Shown here one piece after another: positions 60,698-64,000 of a stretch of DNA of 64,000 nt. The translations under genes and the position numbers were made by a program. The stretch is from an uncultured Pseudomonadota bacterium (GTDB lineage Bacteria; Oederibacteriota; Muellerivitia; Muellerivitales; Muellerivitaceae), in the NCBI GenBank assembly GCA_963836235.1, contig CAWIIP010000005.1, forward strand, positions 160,001 through 224,000, given 5' to 3'. The notes beneath the pieces are model-generated. The model was not told the origin of the DNA and did no database searches. It saw nothing but the letters and a program-made list of their open reading frames with translations. Position 1 is the first letter of the stretch, and the number at the start of each line of letters is the position of its first letter.

Positions 60698-61950
60698 ATA
60701 CATTGATTTTCCTGGCCGGGCATAGTTTACGGCGGCATGCCATGTCAACCCTTGTCACCGCCTTTTCGGCGGCCTTGGCGGTCGGCCTGACTTTATCCGT
60801 CTTTGGTTTGGCCGCCCAGACCCGCGCGGCCTTTATGGGTGGAGCCGGGGGTTTTGACGCTGTTCTGGGTGCCCGTGGAAGCCAGCTCCAGTTGGTCTTG
60901 AACGCCGTGTTCCAGTTGGAAACCTCACCCGGCAATATCCCTTGGAGCCTTTATGAAACGATCAAGGCGGACCCACGGGTTTCGGAAGCGGTGCCTTACG
61001 CGGTCGGGGACAATTATTTCGGTTACCGGATATTGGGAACGACTCTGACCGTACGGGATGAACTGCGCAATTCCTCGGGTAAGCCCCTGGAGTTGGAGGA
61101 AGGCGGAAAATGGTTCAATGAAGAGAACCGGGAAGCGGTGGTAGGCTCGGTTGTAGCCCAAAAATGCGGGCTTCAGGTCGGCAGTACCTTCCGGCCCTAT
61201 CACGGCTTAGCTTTTGATCCTGCCATGCAACATGAAGAGACCTATCAGGTGATGGGCGTCCTGAAACCTTCCAATACGCCGATTGACCGGGTCATCTTCA
61301 TTCCCCTGGAAGGCTTCTACCGGATCAAGGGCCACATCTTGCGAGGATCGGGCAAAGATTATGTCCCCCAAGCGGGCCAGCCCATTCCAGATGAGGACAA
61401 AGAGCTCAGCTCTGTCCTGCTGAAGTTGAGGGACCCCCAGGCGGGCTTCAATCTGGATTACACCATCAACAAACAAGGCAAAGTGGCAACCCTGGCTTGG
61501 CCCATCGGGCGCGTCATGGCCGACCTCTTCAACCGGCTGGGCTGGATGAGCCGCATTCTCGCCCTCGTGGCCTACTTGGTCATGGTAGTAGCGGCTTGCT
61601 CAATTCTGGCCGCGCTTCATAACACCATGAGGGAGAGACGCAGGGAGTTCGCCATCCTGCGGGCTTTGGGAGCCAAGCGACGCACCGTGTTCGCCTCGGT
61701 GGTGACCGAAGCCGCCTCCATCGCCGCCTTGGGGGCCTTGGGCGGATACCTGGTTTATGGCCTTTTGTTTTTCCTGGCCGCCGGGTTGGTTCGGGCCCAA
61801 ACGGGAGTCGTCGTGGACCCCTTCTTTTTCCACCCGGCCCTCATTGCCGTGCCCATCGGTATGACGATTTTAGGCGCTTTGGCGGGGGTCGTACCGGCCT
61901 ACCAAGCCTATTCCACCGATGTGGCCGGAAACTTAGAACCCCATTCATGA
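60694..61950 (+). CDS. ABC transporter permease (FtsX/MacB type)
   Basis: LGARGSQLQLVLNAVF, GDNYFGYRILGT, ERRREFAILRALGA; one TM, a periplasmic domain, then three TMs. Confidence 0.9.
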   Translation: MNTLIFLAGHSLRRHAMSTLVTAFSAALAVGLTLSVFGLAAQTRAAFMGGAGGFDAVLGARGSQLQLVLNAVFQLETSPGNIPWSLYETIKADPRVSEAVPYAVGDNYFGYRILGTTLTVRDELRNSSGKPLELEEGGKWFNEENREAVVGSVVAQKCGLQVGSTFRPYHGLAFDPAMQHEETYQVMGVLKPSNTPIDRVIFIPLEGFYRIKGHILRGSGKDYVPQAGQPIPDEDKELSSVLLKLRDPQAGFNLDYTINKQGKVATLAWPIGRVMADLFNRLGWMSRILALVAYLVMVVAACSILAALHNTMRERRREFAILRALGAKRRTVFASVVTEAASIAALGALGGYLVYGLLFFLAAGLVRAQTGVVVDPFFFHPALIAVPIGMTILGALAGVVPAYQAYSTDVAGNLEPHS

Positions 61951-61960
61951 GGAGGAAAGC

Positions 61961-62452
61961 ATGAAACATTCACATTGGATTCCTTTGGCTTTAATGCTTT
62001 TATCCACCGGCCTCGTGGCTGAAGTCTACGGCGGCCCTTCCCCGGACGGAACAACACCCGTCACAGAATCCGTCAAACCCGGTTTTGAACCCAAAGCCCC
62101 CCATGGGGGTGTTCTGGTGGATGCGGGTGATGACTTTGCCCATGTGGAAATAGTCTTCGATCCCGCCGTTGGAAACCTTTCGGCCTATATTTTAGATGGG
62201 GAGGCCGAAGAAGTAGTCCCGCTAAAACAACCGGAAATCCTGGTGCGTTTAATGAAGCCGACCCGAACCCTGAAACTCAAGGCGTTGGTCAATCCATTAA
62301 ACGGTGAAAAACTCGGAGCAACTTCCTCTTACGGCCTGACGGACCCTTCTTTAAAAGGCCTTTCCCATTTGCGGGGTGTCTTGTTATCAGTGGATTTCAA
62401 CGGCCAGGTCTTCAAAAACCTGGCCTTTCAATTCCCGTCGAAAAAGGAATAG
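61961..62452 (+). CDS. Exported hypothetical protein with PHGG...HVE motif (possible metal binding)
   Basis: Signal peptide; KAPHGGVLVDAGDDFAHVEIV..LSAYILD. Confidence 0.7.
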   Translation: MKHSHWIPLALMLLSTGLVAEVYGGPSPDGTTPVTESVKPGFEPKAPHGGVLVDAGDDFAHVEIVFDPAVGNLSAYILDGEAEEVVPLKQPEILVRLMKPTRTLKLKALVNPLNGEKLGATSSYGLTDPSLKGLSHLRGVLLSVDFNGQVFKNLAFQFPSKKE

Positions 62453-62460
62453 CAGGGCGG

Positions 62461-63129
62461 ATGGAAAAGCACTTAGAAAAAGGAATGGTTTATATGGCCA
62501 CTTTCGGAGTTTTTCTTTTGTTTTCCGCTAGCCCTATTTTAAGCCAGGACATGCGCAAATATTCGTCCGGAGACGATGGAGCACCCACCGTCGAAGGGTC
62601 GGGATCGGCCAACGACGCCAGGATCCAAGCCCTCAGCCAACTTAAGGACCCCATCATCCATATCAAGCCTGAGGACCTGGAGGGAAAGCCCTTGGTCGAT
62701 TTCAGTCGTCTGGCTTGTTTCAATTACGACTATCCGGATGAGGACGGCGGCATGGAGGCCTCCAAAAACCCCAAAAGGAAAAAGCCGGGTATTCCCGATT
62801 CGGTTTTGAGTTTGAACGGAACCAAGGTCGCCATTCCCGGTTTCATGATTCCCATGGACCAGGATGAGGGCGGGGATAAGTGCACCTACTTTATTTTGGC
62901 CCGCAACCAGATGACCTGCTGCTTCGGCGTGGCGCCGGGCTTGAACGAGTGGGTGAGCGTGCGGATGGAAAAGGGAAAAACCGCCGACCTGGAAATGGAC
63001 CGCCCGGTCGTGGTGGTGGGAACCCTGGAAGTCGGAGAGGTTTATAGCCCCGATTCGGGCTGGAGTTTTTACCGGATGAAGGCCGAGAAGGTCATTGTCG
63101 CCGGGAAGAAAAAGATTTGGTTCCAATAA
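62461..63129 (+). CDS. DUF3299-like protein, copy 1
   Basis: LNGTKVAIPGFMIP, FILARNQMTCCFG..P..NEWV.V, PVVVVGTL. Confidence 0.78.
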   Translation: MEKHLEKGMVYMATFGVFLLFSASPILSQDMRKYSSGDDGAPTVEGSGSANDARIQALSQLKDPIIHIKPEDLEGKPLVDFSRLACFNYDYPDEDGGMEASKNPKRKKPGIPDSVLSLNGTKVAIPGFMIPMDQDEGGDKCTYFILARNQMTCCFGVAPGLNEWVSVRMEKGKTADLEMDRPVVVVGTLEVGEVYSPDSGWSFYRMKAEKVIVAGKKKIWFQ

Positions 63130-63139
63130 GGGGGGCGCC

Positions 63140-63862
63140 ATGAACAGGAAAGAAAGACGGATGTATGAAAAACCGGCCGACCCGGCCAAAACAGCGATGG
63201 TCTCGAAGGCCCATTGGCCCTGGTCGCTGATCGTTATTACTATATTTTGGCTTGGCCTAACCGTGTTTCTCATTAAAACCAACGGCCTGAAAAAGGGGGC
63301 GGGTTGGGGCAAGCTTTTCCTTTCCAAGGCCGCGCCCCAGAACTTGTCGGGCTTCAACGGGTCTTCCCCCGGCCTTTCCGCTTCTCCCACCATTTATGTG
63401 CCGGGGGCGCCCCAAGCCACGGGCGATTACGAAGCTCTTTCATTCAATCTTTTATCGGGTTTTTATTTTTGGGACCCATTGGATGACACTGAAAACGGCA
63501 CAGCGGAGCAAAACAAAAAAAAGAGCAAAGTTCCGGAAAATGTACTGGCTTATAACGGCCATAAGATAGCGGTGACCGGGTTCATGATTCCCATCGACGA
63601 GGACGAGAAGTTCATCGTGTCCAGCTTTGTTTTGGCCAAAAACCAGATGACCTGTTGCTATGGGGCTTCTCCCAAGCCCAATGACTGGATTTACGCGACC
63701 GTCCCCGCAACGGCTAAAAAAGTAGAAGACCAAATGGATATTCCCCTGACAGTTTATGGAACCTTGACGATCGACAGCTCCCTCAGCGATCCGAGCATGC
63801 CCACACTTTACCGCCTCGTCGTGGACAAGGTAGAAGGTCCCAAAAAGAAAGGGTGGTTTTAA
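63140..63862 (+). CDS. DUF3299-like protein, copy 2 (membrane anchored)
   Basis: YNGHKIAVTGFMIP, FVLAKNQMTCCYG..P.PNDWI, PLTVYGTL. Confidence 0.78.
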   Translation: MNRKERRMYEKPADPAKTAMVSKAHWPWSLIVITIFWLGLTVFLIKTNGLKKGAGWGKLFLSKAAPQNLSGFNGSSPGLSASPTIYVPGAPQATGDYEALSFNLLSGFYFWDPLDDTENGTAEQNKKKSKVPENVLAYNGHKIAVTGFMIPIDEDEKFIVSSFVLAKNQMTCCYGASPKPNDWIYATVPATAKKVEDQMDIPLTVYGTLTIDSSLSDPSMPTLYRLVVDKVEGPKKKGWF

Positions 63863-63868
63863 GTTACC

Positions 63869-64000
63869 GTGAATTTCAATCTACTAAAGAATCCTCAGGA
63901 CAGGCCTATAAAGCAAACTGACATCGGCTCTCCACGGTGTCGAAACTGGATTCTTTTTTTATTGTCCTTGGCGGCCCTTTCACTCCTCCCTATTATCCCC
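63869..64000 (+). CDS. Possible start of a further exported protein (truncated by the window end)
   Basis: Frame open from a GTG at 63869 to the end, finishing RNWILFLLSLAALSLLPIIP (signal-like). Confidence 0.3.
   Translation, partial: MNFNLLKNPQDRPIKQTDIGSPRCRNWILFLLSLAALSLLPIIP

Noticed and set aside
62539-63393. 284-aa minus-strand ORF
   Set aside because: Antisense to two coherent DUF3299-like genes in a co-oriented operon; no motifs.

Overview
Bacterial chromosomal window from a diderm organism (autotransporter, TonB system, several beta-barrel proteins); the lineage cannot be fixed from the sequence alone. 1-20.5 kb is a minus-strand housekeeping block: rpsB-tsf-pyrH-frr-uppS-cdsA, a galactokinase-like gene, outer-membrane proteins, mtaB, a HIT gene and rpsU-yqeY-mpg-mutS2-dnaG-rpoD. 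20.8-52.4 kb holds a GH92 mannosidase, a NUDIX-GNAT fusion, a frameshifted DUF3052-like pseudogene, a ~1380-aa protein with Thr at nearly every second residue, an ECF sigma/NrsF pair, a ChdC-like gene, glycosylation genes, an autotransporter, mnmA, a cysteine desulfurase, and an IS30 inserted between an M23 peptidase and a bactofilin. The most notable feature is the plus-strand locus at 52.5-63.9 kb. Two paralogous 96-aa leader ORFs (hydrophobic N-terminus, HHH..H..CxxC, C-terminal RAPP ribosome-arrest motif; DUF2946/CruR-like) each precede an outer-membrane transporter gene. The second unit continues into ExbB-ExbD-TonB, an ABC pair, a PHGG-motif protein and two DUF3299-like proteins, which suggests a metal-uptake system under doubled nascent-peptide control. 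An in-frame Cys-rich, heavy-metal-binding-like segment also lies upstream of EF-Ts. No rRNA, tRNA or CRISPR array was recognised. All family assignments come from motif recognition, not database searches.
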